Counted from the first letter of the stretch, positions 10,704-21,189 are shown. The stretch: DNA of 64,000 nucleotides from Dehalococcoidia bacterium (GCA_965206395.1 CBDBJK010000027.1:4388-68387), one strand, 5' to 3'. Made by a program: numbers and translations. Notes: a model not told the origin generated them from the sequence alone.

Positions 10704-11552
10704 ATGCGTGTGACGATTCGAGACCTGAAGGACATGAAATGTCGAGGCGAGAAGATAGCGATGATTACCGCCTACGACTACACGTCAGCCATGATTGTCG
10801 AGGATGCGGGAATTCCTGTGGTTCTGGTTGGCGATACTCTGGGAATGGTTATCCTGGGCTACGATTCGACTGTGCCGGTCACTATGGACGAGATGGTGCA
10901 TCACATCAAGGCGGTCGTGCGTGGAACCCAGAAGGCCCATATAGTCGGAGACATGCCGTTCCTTAGCTATCACGCCGATGCAGCCGAAGCCGTCCGCAAC
11001 GCAGGACGACTCCTGAAGGAAGGCGGCGCGCAGTCGATCAAGCTAGAAGGGGGCCGACACATGGCCGAGACCGTGCGACGCATCGTGCAGTCCGGCATCC
11101 CGGTCATGGGGCACATCGGCCTGACTCCACAGGCCGTAAACCAGCTAGGGGGTTATCGCGTTCAGGGCAAGTCTTCCAGGGAAGCCATCGAGATTTTGGA
11201 GGACGCAAGGGCGTTGGAAGAGGCCGGAGCTTATGCAATTGTTTTGGAGTGCGTTCCCGCTCCTCTGGCTGCTCTAATCACCGAACGGCTGTCGATCCCC
11301 ACTATCGGAATCGGCGCGGGGGTGCATTGCGACGGTCAGGTGCAGGTATTTCATGACCTTCTGGGGCTGTTCTCAGACTTCGTTCCAAAGCACGCGCGTC
11401 GCTATGCCAACATTGGCGACGAAATCAAGGCAGCGGTCGCCGAGTATGCAGGGGACGTGCAAACTCAGGCATTCCCGACTGACAAGGAAAGCTTCACGAT
11501 GAAGCAGAGTGTCCTTGAGGAGCTTGCCGAAAAGACGGCGCAACCGGCGTAG
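10704..11552 (+). CDS. panB: 3-methyl-2-oxobutanoate hydroxymethyltransferase
   Basis: Typical PanB sequence (KIAMITAYDYTSAMIVEDAGIPVVLVGDTLGMV..., SIKLEGG, GHIGLTPQ). Confidence 0.9.
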   Translation: MRVTIRDLKDMKCRGEKIAMITAYDYTSAMIVEDAGIPVVLVGDTLGMVILGYDSTVPVTMDEMVHHIKAVVRGTQKAHIVGDMPFLSYHADAAEAVRNAGRLLKEGGAQSIKLEGGRHMAETVRRIVQSGIPVMGHIGLTPQAVNQLGGYRVQGKSSREAIEILEDARALEEAGAYAIVLECVPAPLAALITERLSIPTIGIGAGVHCDGQVQVFHDLLGLFSDFVPKHARRYANIGDEIKAAVAEYAGDVQTQAFPTDKESFTMKQSVLEELAEKTAQPA

Positions 11553-11660
11553 CCTTCCGTGGGAGAAGGCAGGCGAAAGAAGAAAGGTATGTGGCTTGGG
11601 AGACTCATGTTGGAGGAAGGTCAGTTTAATACCAAATTTGCTTGAAAGCAGTATATAGTT

Positions 11661-11698
11661 TCCTCTCCCCATTGTGGGAGAGGATTAAGGTGAGGGGG
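11661..11698. repeat. REP-like hairpin repeat (copy D)
   Basis: Hairpin CCTCTCCCC-ATTGT-GGGAGAGG plus tail ATTAAGGTGAGGGGG. This is the reverse complement of the 10497 copy motif, so the two flank panB in inverted orientation. Confidence 0.5.
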
Positions 11699-11746
11699 AT
11701 GCCTGCTAAATCATTAGCGATAAGCGCAGAGGTCGGCATATCAAGT

Positions 11747-13384
11747 TTACGGGTATCGAGAGAAGTCGAAGCCCTCTTTCACGATGCACTCGATTAGCGC
11801 AGGCTGTCCCGTCTTGGTAACCTCGATTGCGTCTTTCAAGGCGGGTATGAAATGGTCCGGCTTTTCCACACGCACGCCCCAACCGCCGAGCGCCTTGGCT
11901 ACGTCCCGGTAGTTGCCGCCCTGGGAGTGGGAGCTATATTTCTCGATGGCAAAGGGCATTGTCCCGCGCTCGATAGCCATCGCGCCGTTGTTCCAAACTA
12001 TGGTGAGGATACCGAGCTTGTTCCGCGCCGCCGTCTCGATGTCCATGCCCACCATGCCGATGGCGGCGTCGCCCATGATGTTGATGCAAAGCTTGTCAGG
12101 CTCGGCTATCTTCGCGCCCATCGTGATTCCAAGGCCGTAACCAAGCTGGGTTGACTTGCCCCATCCCATGTAGGTGCGTGGCGCGATACTCTCCCAGAAG
12201 GGCGTTAGCTGATCTCTTGGGCTGCCCGCGTCGTGGGTGATGATGGTATTGGCACGGTCGACGGTGTGCATCAGGTCCCAGATGATGCGGTACTGGTTAA
12301 TAGGCTCTTCGTTCGAGGTTAGCTGTGGCATCCACTCGTCGAGCCATTCCTTCTTGACCGCCTGCACCTCTGTTGACACGCTGCCGTCGTTGCGATTGCC
12401 GACGCCGTTGGTCTGGCTCTTGATCTCATCGATCAGCGCCTGAAGCACAAGTTTCGAGTCGCCGATGAGGGCGTAGTCGGCCTTGTAGTCCTTGTTCACG
12501 TCGCTGGGATCGTTGGTGGAGTGGATTATCACTTTGCCTTGTGGGATGGTCTTACCGTAGCTGGTGCGTGTAAAGCTGCATCCTATGCCGAATACGACAT
12601 CGGCCTTCCGCAAAAAGTGGGATATAGCCTTTGTCGTGGAAACCGCCGATGCGCCCAGAGCCAGAGGATGGCTTTCAGGGAAGCCGCTCTTGCCCGGCAT
12701 GGTTGTCATCACGGGGGCCTGAAGAAGCTCGGCAAGCTCTTCAAGCTCTGCGGTTCCCTCGGAGTACATGACGCCCTGACCAGCGTGGATGACCAGGTTC
12801 TTGGCGTTGAGAAGCACCTGTGCGACCTCTTTTGTCTCCTGCGGATCGGCAGCCGACCTGTTGCCCTTGACCGGCGTATAGTCAAACTCGCCATCAAGTT
12901 CGGCAGTCCAAACATCGCGGGCCACTTCCAAAAGAACGGGGCCGGATTTGCCCGTGCGTAGCTGGTAGAAGGCACGACGCATAAGCTCCGGGATGCGCTC
13001 GACGTGATTGATCTGCGCCAGCCACTTGGTGACGTTCTTAAAGTTGTCAGCCGCGCTAAAGTTAGGCTCGACGAAAGACCGGTTGGAAGGCTCACCGCCG
13101 GGCAGAAGCAGTACAGGCACGTTGTCGGAAAACGCCTGTGCTGCGCCGGGGAAGGCGTTTTCAGTGCCGGGGCCTTGCTGCATGGCAAACACGCCAAGGC
13201 GCTTGCCGCTGGTCGTCCGGCTGAACCCGTCGGCGATTGCCATGCCTATTCGCTCCTGACGGCATAGCACGGGCCATATCCCAGCAACCGAGCTAGCCTC
13301 TATGAGGGGCTGTGCGGGAAAACATGCCAGGAACTCGGTGCCTTCTCTTTTCAGAATCTCCGCAATTACATCTACGCCCTTCAT
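11747..13384 (-). CDS. Thiamine-pyrophosphate-binding enzyme (acetolactate synthase-like family)
   Basis: N-terminal TPP-Pyr domain (GVDVIAEILKREGTEFLACFP) and a C-terminal GDAAIGM...NNG TPP motif. The start is set at ATG 13384, preceded by AGGAGG. The track start at 13441 is an upstream extension. Confidence 0.8.
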   Translation of the reverse strand: MKGVDVIAEILKREGTEFLACFPAQPLIEASSVAGIWPVLCRQERIGMAIADGFSRTTSGKRLGVFAMQQGPGTENAFPGAAQAFSDNVPVLLLPGGEPSNRSFVEPNFSAADNFKNVTKWLAQINHVERIPELMRRAFYQLRTGKSGPVLLEVARDVWTAELDGEFDYTPVKGNRSAADPQETKEVAQVLLNAKNLVIHAGQGVMYSEGTAELEELAELLQAPVMTTMPGKSGFPESHPLALGASAVSTTKAISHFLRKADVVFGIGCSFTRTSYGKTIPQGKVIIHSTNDPSDVNKDYKADYALIGDSKLVLQALIDEIKSQTNGVGNRNDGSVSTEVQAVKKEWLDEWMPQLTSNEEPINQYRIIWDLMHTVDRANTIITHDAGSPRDQLTPFWESIAPRTYMGWGKSTQLGYGLGITMGAKIAEPDKLCINIMGDAAIGMVGMDIETAARNKLGILTIVWNNGAMAIERGTMPFAIEKYSSHSQGGNYRDVAKALGGWGVRVEKPDHFIPALKDAIEVTKTGQPALIECIVKEGFDFSRYP

Positions 13385-13530
13385 TCGTAATCCTCCTACA
13401 ATCGTTTTGACTTCGGCAACTGCGCCAGACTGGACGAACACTAGGTAATTCTGACCGGACGTATGGTATCATGCTGCCTAAATTCTTGATATTGGTTTGT
13501 TCGAGAAAACTCGATTCTTGCGAGGGCAAT

Positions 13531-14907
13531 ATGACCACCGTCATCAGAAACACGACAATCGTCACTGGAGACTCAGGCCGAACTATTCTTTACGATGCCG
13601 CCATCGCCGTGCAAGACGACAGCATAACCGCGCTCGGCTCTAGCGACGACGTTGCGGCAAAATATCCAGATGCCGAAGTCATAGACGGGCGCGGCAAGGT
13701 CGTATTCCCGGGCCTTGTCAACTGCCATACGCATCTGCTGGCAACGGCGGACAGGGGCATCCTTGAGGACTTCGGATTTCCTACCACGCTGCGATTTCCC
13801 ATCAGCGCACGTTCGCTGCTGACGATAGAGGAGAGGAACGTCATCGGACTCCTGGGCGCGTTAGAGGCCATTCGCAGCGGCACGACGTCCTTGTTGGAAA
13901 TCTCCAACGACATCCCACAGTACGCGGGCAGCCTCGACAAGTCAGGCTTGCGGCTCGTCCTCGCCGAAAACATCAACGATGTGGACGATGCTAGAGCCAG
14001 GGATAACGTATTCGAGTTTACGGAGCAGAAGCTCGACGCAGGCCTTCAGAGAAGCGTTGACCTGATCGAGAAGTGGCATGGCAAATCTGATGGCAGGGTG
14101 ACCTGCTTCATGGCCCCGCACGCTCCTGAAAACTGTTCGCCCGACCTGCTGCGCCGCAGCCTTCAGATGGCGGAGCAGTACGATGTCGGCTATACCATCC
14201 ACCTGTCGCAGAGCAACATAGAGATTGAGGCGGTTATGCGCACTCGCGGCGTCCGGCCAACCCAATACCTGTTCGCCAACGACTTCCTCGGCCCTCGGCT
14301 TGTCGCGGCTCACTGTCGCTACGTGGATTCGTCCGAGATTGCGCTTCTGGGCCAGACGGGTTCTGGCATCTCCAACAACGCTGCCATCGCCGCACGACGC
14401 GGAGCCGCTGCGCCTGCGAAGGAGCTTCTGGCGGCGGGCTGTGCTATGGGCATGGGGACGGACAACATGGCGGAGGATATGGTCGAAGTCATGCGTGCGG
14501 GCCTTTTCCTTGAGCGTGTGCGCCGCAACGACGAGATGGACCCTCAGCCAGAGGATGTGCTTGAGTGGGCAACCAGAGGGGGAGCGCGAATTCTAGGCAT
14601 GGACAAGCAGACTGGCACGCTTGAAGCAGGCAAGAAGGCTGACTTCTTTATCATCGACGCCATGCGGCCCCATCTGGTTCCGACATTGCGCATAGTGTCC
14701 GCGTTCGTTCATCAGGGACAGCCCGCTGACGTTACCGACGTGATGGTGGATGGAAACTGGGTAATGCGTGACAGCAAGGTTCTGACGATAGACGAGGCTG
14801 ACATCGTGCGTCGAGCGGAGCAGATAGGTCATTCGGTGTGGCAGCGTCTGTTGGAGCGATACCCCAACGTGCCGTTTCCTGTCTCGCTTCCTCCACACGC
14901 CCTGTGA
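13531..14907 (+). CDS. Amidohydrolase family protein (MtaD/chlorohydrolase/deaminase-like)
   Basis: Metal-binding motif GLVNCHTHL, with later HL..S and GTDN motifs. The start is set at ATG 13531 (MTTVIRNTTIVTGD). Confidence 0.8.
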   Translation: MTTVIRNTTIVTGDSGRTILYDAAIAVQDDSITALGSSDDVAAKYPDAEVIDGRGKVVFPGLVNCHTHLLATADRGILEDFGFPTTLRFPISARSLLTIEERNVIGLLGALEAIRSGTTSLLEISNDIPQYAGSLDKSGLRLVLAENINDVDDARARDNVFEFTEQKLDAGLQRSVDLIEKWHGKSDGRVTCFMAPHAPENCSPDLLRRSLQMAEQYDVGYTIHLSQSNIEIEAVMRTRGVRPTQYLFANDFLGPRLVAAHCRYVDSSEIALLGQTGSGISNNAAIAARRGAAAPAKELLAAGCAMGMGTDNMAEDMVEVMRAGLFLERVRRNDEMDPQPEDVLEWATRGGARILGMDKQTGTLEAGKKADFFIIDAMRPHLVPTLRIVSAFVHQGQPADVTDVMVDGNWVMRDSKVLTIDEADIVRRAEQIGHSVWQRLLERYPNVPFPVSLPPHAL

Positions 14908-14987
14908 GTGCAATAGTGATGCCGCATGTCATCCAGGTTCTTCCACGGTCAGAGGATTTGAGGCGTATACCGTATAGATAATTCTTC

Positions 14988-15048
14988 AACCCTAACCCCC
15001 TCTTGTACCCCATTCCCTCTCCCTCCTTCCGCGGAAGGAGGGAGAGGG
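14988..15048. repeat. REP-like hairpin repeat (copy E)
   Basis: AACCCTAACCCCC tail (reverse orientation), then a perfect 34-nt palindrome CCCTCTCCCTCCTTCCGCGGAAGGAGGGAGAGGG at 15015-15048. Confidence 0.55.
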
Positions 15049-15285
15049 GGCGCTGTAGACCTACATCAAGCCATATATGGCGCGCGGGGGAGATTGGGTT
15101 GAGGGTGGGACTTGAGCCACATTGTTCGGTTGGAATGTTAGTAATCAGGGCAAGGATCGATAAGCCGTTTAAAGGAATGTCCGTTGACCGGCCCCCGCCA
15201 GAGCCATACAATACCAAATGTGCCGCCAGATCAATCTGGTGGCACTTCTGCACAGCGAGTAAAATTGACGCGACTGGAGGAGTCT

Positions 15286-16059
15286 ATGAATTACGAATTT
15301 ATCCTGGTTGAAAAAGTGGATGGTGTCGGAATCCTAACTCTGAACCGACCAGAAGTCCTTAACGCCCTGAATAGAGGGCTAACCTCCGAGTTGTACGATG
15401 CTGTAAACACTATGAATTCCGACGACGAGATCGGATGCATCGTAATTACTGGAACAGGAAAACGTGCCTTCTCTGCCGGGGGTGACATTCACGAACAGAG
15501 AGTCCATTCTCGTGAGCTTACCGAGGAGGAACGCGAACGGAATGGCGAAGTGCGATCACATGAGTCCTACGAAATTTCCGCCTCTCCCAAGCCAATCATT
15601 GGCATGATGAACGGGCTGGCCCATGGAGGCGGCGCTGTGCTAGCTTCTTCGCTGGATTTCCGCCTTGGCTGTGAGCATACAAATTTTCGCTTCCTGGCGG
15701 CCGCTTACGGGCGTATCAACTCAACCTGGACACTGCCCAATCAGGTTGGCTGGCCTATGGCTAAAGAGTTGCTGTTTTCGGGGCGGATAATCGAAGCGGA
15801 GGAAGCCTATCGCGTAGGTCTGCTCAATCACCTGGTTCCCTGCGATCAGCTTCGCGCGAAGACATTGGAGATAGCGACAGCCATCGCCGGCAACCGGCGC
15901 GAGTCTGTAATGGGTATCAAGGAACTGCTGCTTCAGGACAAGGCGGCGGACATGCGCCAGATGTGGGCCAATGAGAAAGAGTTTACCTCCAAGAAAGTAA
16001 AAGATTATGGCGTGGAGGAAGCCTTCCCGAATTTCCTTGCACGAAAAGGCAGGAACTAG
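15286..16059 (+). CDS. Enoyl-CoA hydratase/isomerase family protein
   Basis: Crotonase-fold N-terminus (VGILTLNRPEVLNALN, ITGTGKRAFSAGGDI). GGAGG lies 5 nt upstream of ATG 15286. The track start at 15184 is an extension. Confidence 0.85.
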   Translation: MNYEFILVEKVDGVGILTLNRPEVLNALNRGLTSELYDAVNTMNSDDEIGCIVITGTGKRAFSAGGDIHEQRVHSRELTEEERERNGEVRSHESYEISASPKPIIGMMNGLAHGGGAVLASSLDFRLGCEHTNFRFLAAAYGRINSTWTLPNQVGWPMAKELLFSGRIIEAEEAYRVGLLNHLVPCDQLRAKTLEIATAIAGNRRESVMGIKELLLQDKAADMRQMWANEKEFTSKKVKDYGVEEAFPNFLARKGRN

Positions 16060-16127
16060 GACTGACAAGTCGGCTTTCCTGAAATCGCATTATAAGATTT
16101 CCTAAAAAACAAGTTGAGGTAAACAAT

Positions 16128-17345
16128 ATGAAAAATGGAAAAGGCCCCATGGCTGGCATTCGCGTTATCGACCTGGGTCGACATCAGGCTGGCCCCAGAT
16201 GCGCGCAGGTACTGGCGCGTATGGGCGCGGAGGTCATTAAAGTAGAGCGTCTTGGTGGCGAAGAGACCCGTTACCACGCGCCACACGTGCGCAAGCAAAG
16301 CGCTTACTGGGTGCAGTACAACACTGGCAAGAAAAGCTTGAGCATCGATCTGCGCAGGGAGGAAGGCGCGGAAGCGTTGCGAAAGCTGGTCAAAGTATCA
16401 GATGTTCTTTTGCAGAATTTCCGTCTAGGCACTATCGAGACCATGGGGTTTGGTTACGACGTATTGAAGGAACTCAACCCTCGAATCGTCATGGTTAACG
16501 TGTCAGCCTACGGACAATTCGGCCCGTATCGGGAAAAGATCGGCTACGATCCCATCGGACAGACCATGTCGGGTATCGCCATGGTCACAGGGCAGGATGG
16601 GATGCCGCCCATTACGGCCGGTGTGCCGATAATCGACCGTACCACGGCATTACACGCTGCCCTGGGCACTATGGCCGCTCTCTACGAGCGAGTGGAGTCT
16701 GGCGAAGGTCAGAGCATTGACGTATGCCTGGCAGACACAGGCTACAGCTTCACCGAGATTCCGATTTCAGCGTACCACGGCACAGGGGTTTCTAAGTCGC
16801 GAGGCACTGGGACGGAAGGCGCGCCCGGAGGTATCTATCCATGCAAGGGTGGCTGGGTCTTGATTACTGCCGGAGACCAGCACCAGTGGCACAGGGTTTG
16901 CAACGCTCTGAACAAGCCAGACTGGCTGGAAGACCCTCGATTCTCCACTCGGCCTGAGCGTATGAAACACAAGGATGTTGTTAACGCCGCAATGGACGAG
17001 CTATTGTCAACGATGACCATGAACGAAGCCATTGACCATTTCACGAGGCACGACATCACGGCAGCGCCAGTAAACACAATTCCCGAAGCAGCCGAGGATC
17101 CTCACCCTTGGGAACGCCGGGCCATGGTGGACGTACCGGACTTCATGGCAGGTACCATCGCGGTATCGGGTGATTTCTGGCACTTTAGCCGAACGCCTGT
17201 AGTAATTGGCTCGGCTCCCAGAGTAGGCGAGCATAACGAAGAGGTATTGGGCGATCTGCTGGAATACTCCGCAGAGCAAATAGCCGAACTTTACGACAAG
17301 AAGGTGATCGCCACCTTTGACCACTATGACGAAGTCCCCGACTAA
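16128..17345 (+). CDS. CoA-transferase family III (CaiB/BaiF-like)
   Basis: MAGIRVIDLGRHQAGPRCAQVLARMGAEVIKVE is the typical family III N-terminus. Confidence 0.85.
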   Translation: MKNGKGPMAGIRVIDLGRHQAGPRCAQVLARMGAEVIKVERLGGEETRYHAPHVRKQSAYWVQYNTGKKSLSIDLRREEGAEALRKLVKVSDVLLQNFRLGTIETMGFGYDVLKELNPRIVMVNVSAYGQFGPYREKIGYDPIGQTMSGIAMVTGQDGMPPITAGVPIIDRTTALHAALGTMAALYERVESGEGQSIDVCLADTGYSFTEIPISAYHGTGVSKSRGTGTEGAPGGIYPCKGGWVLITAGDQHQWHRVCNALNKPDWLEDPRFSTRPERMKHKDVVNAAMDELLSTMTMNEAIDHFTRHDITAAPVNTIPEAAEDPHPWERRAMVDVPDFMAGTIAVSGDFWHFSRTPVVIGSAPRVGEHNEEVLGDLLEYSAEQIAELYDKKVIATFDHYDEVPD

Positions 17346-17438
17346 CCCCTGAAGACATCCATTGACGCTGCGAAACCACGATTGATAGCATGAGCTATAT
17401 TTTCGCGAATTTCTTATCTACCTGTGGAGGGGGAAGCC

Positions 17439-18581
17439 ATGAAACGAAGCACGTCGAACATCCTGACCACCCACACGGGCAGCCTGCCGAGATCACCTAA
17501 ACAGCAAGACAATCTTGTAGCCAGGGAAGAGCGCCGACAATTTGACCAGAGCACTTTCGACGCCAGTGTGCGTGAGGCAGTTGCATATGTCGTGAAGATG
17601 CAGATAGACACCGGCATAGCCGTGATAAACGATGGAGAGCAAGGCAGATCACAATACGCCACCTATGTCAAAGAGCGATTGACTGGATTTGAAGGTGAGC
17701 AAGCGAGGCGTGCCAAGCCTCGCCTCGACGACAAAGACTTTCCTGAATTCGCCGAGATACGTGCGAGTACGACCTCATCCAACATGCCTCAACCAGTGTG
17801 TTCCGGTCCCATCGCCTGGAAAGACTTTGGTGCGGTGCAGAAGGACATCGACAATCTGAAGGCTTCAGTTGGTGGCGGCGCACAGGAAGTGTTCATGACG
17901 TCCGCCTCGCCGGGGGTGGTCGCTAACTTCCTGCCCAACGACTATTACCCCAATCATGAAGCCTACCTGCGTGCTCTTGCCGCTGTGATGAAAGACGAAT
18001 ACACTGCCATTGTCAACGCGGGGTTCGTGCTTCAAATAGACTGCCCTGATCTAGCTATGACAAGGCCCTCCCAGTGGGCAGAGCTTACTTTAGATGAGTT
18101 CAAGAATATTGTAGCGTTGCACATAGCGGTTTTGAATGAAACGCTCGCAGACCTCCCACCGGACAGGATGCGGATGCACATGTGTTGGGGAAACTTCGAA
18201 GGCCCGCACACTTATGACGTTCCTATTATTGAACTGCTGGGCATAGTACTCCAGGCGCGTCCTCAAGGTCTCTCTTTCGAGGGAGCCAACCCTCGTCACG
18301 CTCATGAATGGAAGGTTTGGAAAGACGTTGAACTGCCAGAAGGAAAGCTGATAATCCCTGGCGTCCTTGACACCACCTCCAATTTCGTCGAGCATCCTGA
18401 ATTGGTAGCGGAACGCATAGTCAGATACGCGGAAATCGTCGGGCGTGAGAATGTAATAGCCGGCAGCGATTGTGGGTTTGGCACGTCGGCATGGAACAGA
18501 AAGGTAGATACCAGAATCGCGTGGGCCAAACTTCGGTCCATGGTCGAAGGCGCACGTCTGGCATCCGAGGTGCTGTGGTAA
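17439..18581 (+). CDS. Cobalamin-independent methionine synthase (MetE C-terminal)-like Zn methyltransferase family protein
   Basis: TTHTGSLPR N-terminus and Zn-ligand motifs H-x-C (MHMCWGN) and SDCGFG. The start is set at ATG 17439, preceded by GGAGGGGG. Confidence 0.7.
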   Translation: MKRSTSNILTTHTGSLPRSPKQQDNLVAREERRQFDQSTFDASVREAVAYVVKMQIDTGIAVINDGEQGRSQYATYVKERLTGFEGEQARRAKPRLDDKDFPEFAEIRASTTSSNMPQPVCSGPIAWKDFGAVQKDIDNLKASVGGGAQEVFMTSASPGVVANFLPNDYYPNHEAYLRALAAVMKDEYTAIVNAGFVLQIDCPDLAMTRPSQWAELTLDEFKNIVALHIAVLNETLADLPPDRMRMHMCWGNFEGPHTYDVPIIELLGIVLQARPQGLSFEGANPRHAHEWKVWKDVELPEGKLIIPGVLDTTSNFVEHPELVAERIVRYAEIVGRENVIAGSDCGFGTSAWNRKVDTRIAWAKLRSMVEGARLASEVLW

Positions 18582-18599
18582 GCTAGCCTTCTTCGCGGT

Positions 18600-18938
18600 C
18601 TATTCTGGCAGGACGATGAAGACCGAGGTGCGCGTTCCCTTGCTCACTACTCTGGTCGTGTGTCCTCTGCCGGTGACATCGTCTGCGAGTAACACGTCCC
18701 CTGGTCCGAAACGTCTAAGCGTCCCATCGGCAATACCGATCTCCGCTTCGCCTGTCAGGGTTATGACGTATTGACGCGCTGGCGCATTGTGCCAATCGCT
18801 AAAGTAGTCCGGGTCTTGAGTCCGAAACTGAACGCCTGTCGCCGAGTTCATTAACGTCAGATCAGGATGGGTTGCCTGGTCTAGCTCTTCAAAGTGCGAT
18901 TCACCGTCATCGCCCGTGTATATTCTAACGATTGCCAT
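18600..18938 (-). CDS. Cupin domain protein
   Basis: 112 aa with a small beta-barrel pattern (HNAPARQYVITLTGEAEIGIADGTLRRFGPGDVLLADD). Confidence 0.6.
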   Translation of the reverse strand: MAIVRIYTGDDGESHFEELDQATHPDLTLMNSATGVQFRTQDPDYFSDWHNAPARQYVITLTGEAEIGIADGTLRRFGPGDVLLADDVTGRGHTTRVVSKGTRTSVFIVLPE

Positions 18939-19005
18939 CAGTCAACTCCTATCAAGAATAATGGACACTGACAATTTACGCTCGCGGCAGTTTTCAGGTG
19001 CGTGT

Positions 19006-19062
19006 ATGGAATGTCCCCTCTCTTTGGCGAGAGAGGGCATTTCATCGATGTGCCTGGGTTAG
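19006..19062. repeat. REP-like hairpin repeat (copy F)
   Basis: Hairpin CCCTCTCT-TTGGCG-AGAGAGGG, then the tail GGGTTAGGATGGGGGT, between convergent genes. Confidence 0.45.
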
Positions 19063-19083
19063 GATGGGGGTAGACGCACACGT

Positions 19084-20238
19084 TTATTTGTTGAACAGAT
19101 CGGCGATTCGCTCGCCAACGATTTTCTCTTCTCCCTCACGCATACCAAATATGTGAATGACTATCTCTTCCTCGCCCTCTCGGACACGTGTCCATACGGG
19201 CGGATCGCCTTCCTTCAGCTTCACAACCACATCGTTGGCAGTCATACCTGACAGGCTCTCGTCAATACTCAGGCTCACGCCGAAGGGCTGATGCCCTATG
19301 ATATTGGTAAGCATCTCGCTTTTGAGACCCTTTGATTCCAACCCTTTGAGAGAGGATAAGATGGTCTCGCATCGGGTTTCGACTGAGGCCAGACGCTCCT
19401 CGTGATTCATGGTCATCCAGTGCTTGACCGCCACTACAGCGCCAACCATTTCCTGCCGATCAACCTTTTGTGGTCGTCCGACTCCACGTATACGACGGCT
19501 TTCATAGCCGACGAACGAGTGCAGCGAGAGCTTGTGGATCATGTCCCTGGTGCCAAGCGCAAGGCCAACCGACTGAGTCGCGCCCAGGTATTTGGCAGCG
19601 ACACACTGAAAGTCTGCTCCCATCCTGACGTACTTTCCGAACAGTTCGAGAGGATATATCTGACCAGCGGCGTCTACTGTGACTGGCAGGCCATGCGCGT
19701 GAGCTATTTCGATGGTGTCCTCAAGCGAAAGGGCGTTCGGGTCGGTAGTCTGTTCGACGGCGTAGTAGTGGACTGCGGCCGTGTTGTCGCCGATGGCCTT
19801 TTCAAGGTCTTCTCTCGTTGTCTCATCCTCAGACCCGAACTCCACCAGCCTGGCGCCCGCAAGCTCCAGGCAGCGGTCGTACCAGTAGCGCTGCCTGGTC
19901 TGAATAAGGATTTCATTCTTCATGCCTGTGGTGTCTGGTAGCTGCTGTATCTTGTCATCGTCGTCGCCAGCCATGATCGCTGCGGTGGCAAGAGTCAGCG
20001 CGGAACCTGCTCCGGCTGTGATGTAAGCCGCAGGAACATCCAGCATGTCGGCTATGGCTCGGCCTGCCTTTTCCTCAAGCTCAATGAGGGGCAAATAGGC
20101 AGAATCGGCCTTCTCCATAGCCTCTTTGACTTCAGGAATCGGCGTTGAGCCTCCAAGCATCGTCACGCTGCCGATTGCGTTGATGATAGGCTTCGCGCCC
20201 AACTCTTTGTAAATGTCTCCCCAGTCTGAATCTGCCAT
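19084..20238 (-). CDS. PLP-dependent enzyme, SelA-like / aminotransferase class V fold
   Basis: The N-terminus KPIINAIGSVTMLGGS and overall length resemble SelA/DgaE-like fold-type I PLP enzymes. Assignment is by motif recollection only. Confidence 0.55.
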   Translation of the reverse strand: MADSDWGDIYKELGAKPIINAIGSVTMLGGSTPIPEVKEAMEKADSAYLPLIELEEKAGRAIADMLDVPAAYITAGAGSALTLATAAIMAGDDDDKIQQLPDTTGMKNEILIQTRQRYWYDRCLELAGARLVEFGSEDETTREDLEKAIGDNTAAVHYYAVEQTTDPNALSLEDTIEIAHAHGLPVTVDAAGQIYPLELFGKYVRMGADFQCVAAKYLGATQSVGLALGTRDMIHKLSLHSFVGYESRRIRGVGRPQKVDRQEMVGAVVAVKHWMTMNHEERLASVETRCETILSSLKGLESKGLKSEMLTNIIGHQPFGVSLSIDESLSGMTANDVVVKLKEGDPPVWTRVREGEEEIVIHIFGMREGEEKIVGERIADLFNK

Positions 20239-20450
20239 AGTACTCCCTTCTTTTCTTTCGACAAAGTGTCAATTTTGATGCTCTGAAAACACGAACGCAG
20301 CTAACTAACGCTTACGTTCTGAAGATACTTCGCTCTACCTGAATGGTGTAAAACCTCAGGCATCCCACGTGATATACTACCTCAATCGTGTTCCTTGCCA
20401 CAAGACAGGTAAGAGCCGCAGCGCGAAATGAACAATGCTGACGTTACGAG

Positions 20451-21077
20451 GTGCCAATAATGATCGATCTCACTCAGTTTCAAGAACTTGTCGTGCAACA
20501 AGAAATTGAGCATCTGGAAGTCTTCACCGGCTTTGAGACGAGCAATCGCTATAGCGTCTTGACGGTTGATGGGGAGCAGTTGTTGTACGCCTATGAGGAG
20601 TCAGGCGCGCTGAGCCGCCAGTTCTTGAGCACACACCGACCCTTGACGCTGCATGTGATTGACGAGGATTCGCGGCCCGTCCTTACCGCTAGCCGAGGCT
20701 TTTTCTGGATTCGATCACATCTGCACGTCCGCGATGCCTCGGATAATCCTATAGGCTCGCTGCATCGCAAGCTTGCCTTTCTCGGGCGGAAGCTTGATCT
20801 GGAAGACCCCACTGGCCTACCAATCGCTGAGGTTCGAGGCCGCATGATGCGCCCCAACACCTTCATGATATATGGCCCACAAGGTGCCGAGATAGCGCGC
20901 ATAACCAAGGAGTGGAGCGGCATCATGCGGGAAGCCATGACCGATGCCGACACGTTCCGAGTCCAGTTTCACGAGCAGGAGAGCGACCAGGAATTCCGCC
21001 TCCTCGTCCTCGCCACAGCCTTCGCCATCGACCTGGATTTCTTCGAGAACAAAGGCAGCCGCGCAGGTTTCAGGTAG
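20451..21077 (+). CDS. Phospholipid scramblase-family (LURP-one related) protein
   Basis: The pattern QQEIEHLEVFTGFETSNRYSV...ESGALSRQFL..HRPLTLHVID...TDADTFRVQF...LLVLATAFAIDLDFFE matches the scramblase family. The start could be GTG 20451 or ATG 20460. Confidence 0.6.
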   Translation: MPIMIDLTQFQELVVQQEIEHLEVFTGFETSNRYSVLTVDGEQLLYAYEESGALSRQFLSTHRPLTLHVIDEDSRPVLTASRGFFWIRSHLHVRDASDNPIGSLHRKLAFLGRKLDLEDPTGLPIAEVRGRMMRPNTFMIYGPQGAEIARITKEWSGIMREAMTDADTFRVQFHEQESDQEFRLLVLATAFAIDLDFFENKGSRAGFR

Positions 21078-21189
21078 AGTTACAATTGATGCGGTGCTTG
21101 CCGTAGCCGCCGGTCAGCCGTGAATTCTGCGTTTTTCGAACGTGTCCTCGTTCGGTTCTATGCATTCAAGGGAGGAGAATTAGATATTG

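Noticed and set aside
15184-15285. N-terminal extensions given by the ORF track for several genes (15184, 9527, 13441, 13471, 23833, 25610, 28425, 53414, 63337, 30281/59545).
   Set aside because: Internal starts preceded by good SD sequences coincide with the beginning of the conserved domain. The extensions overlap neighbouring genes or repeats.
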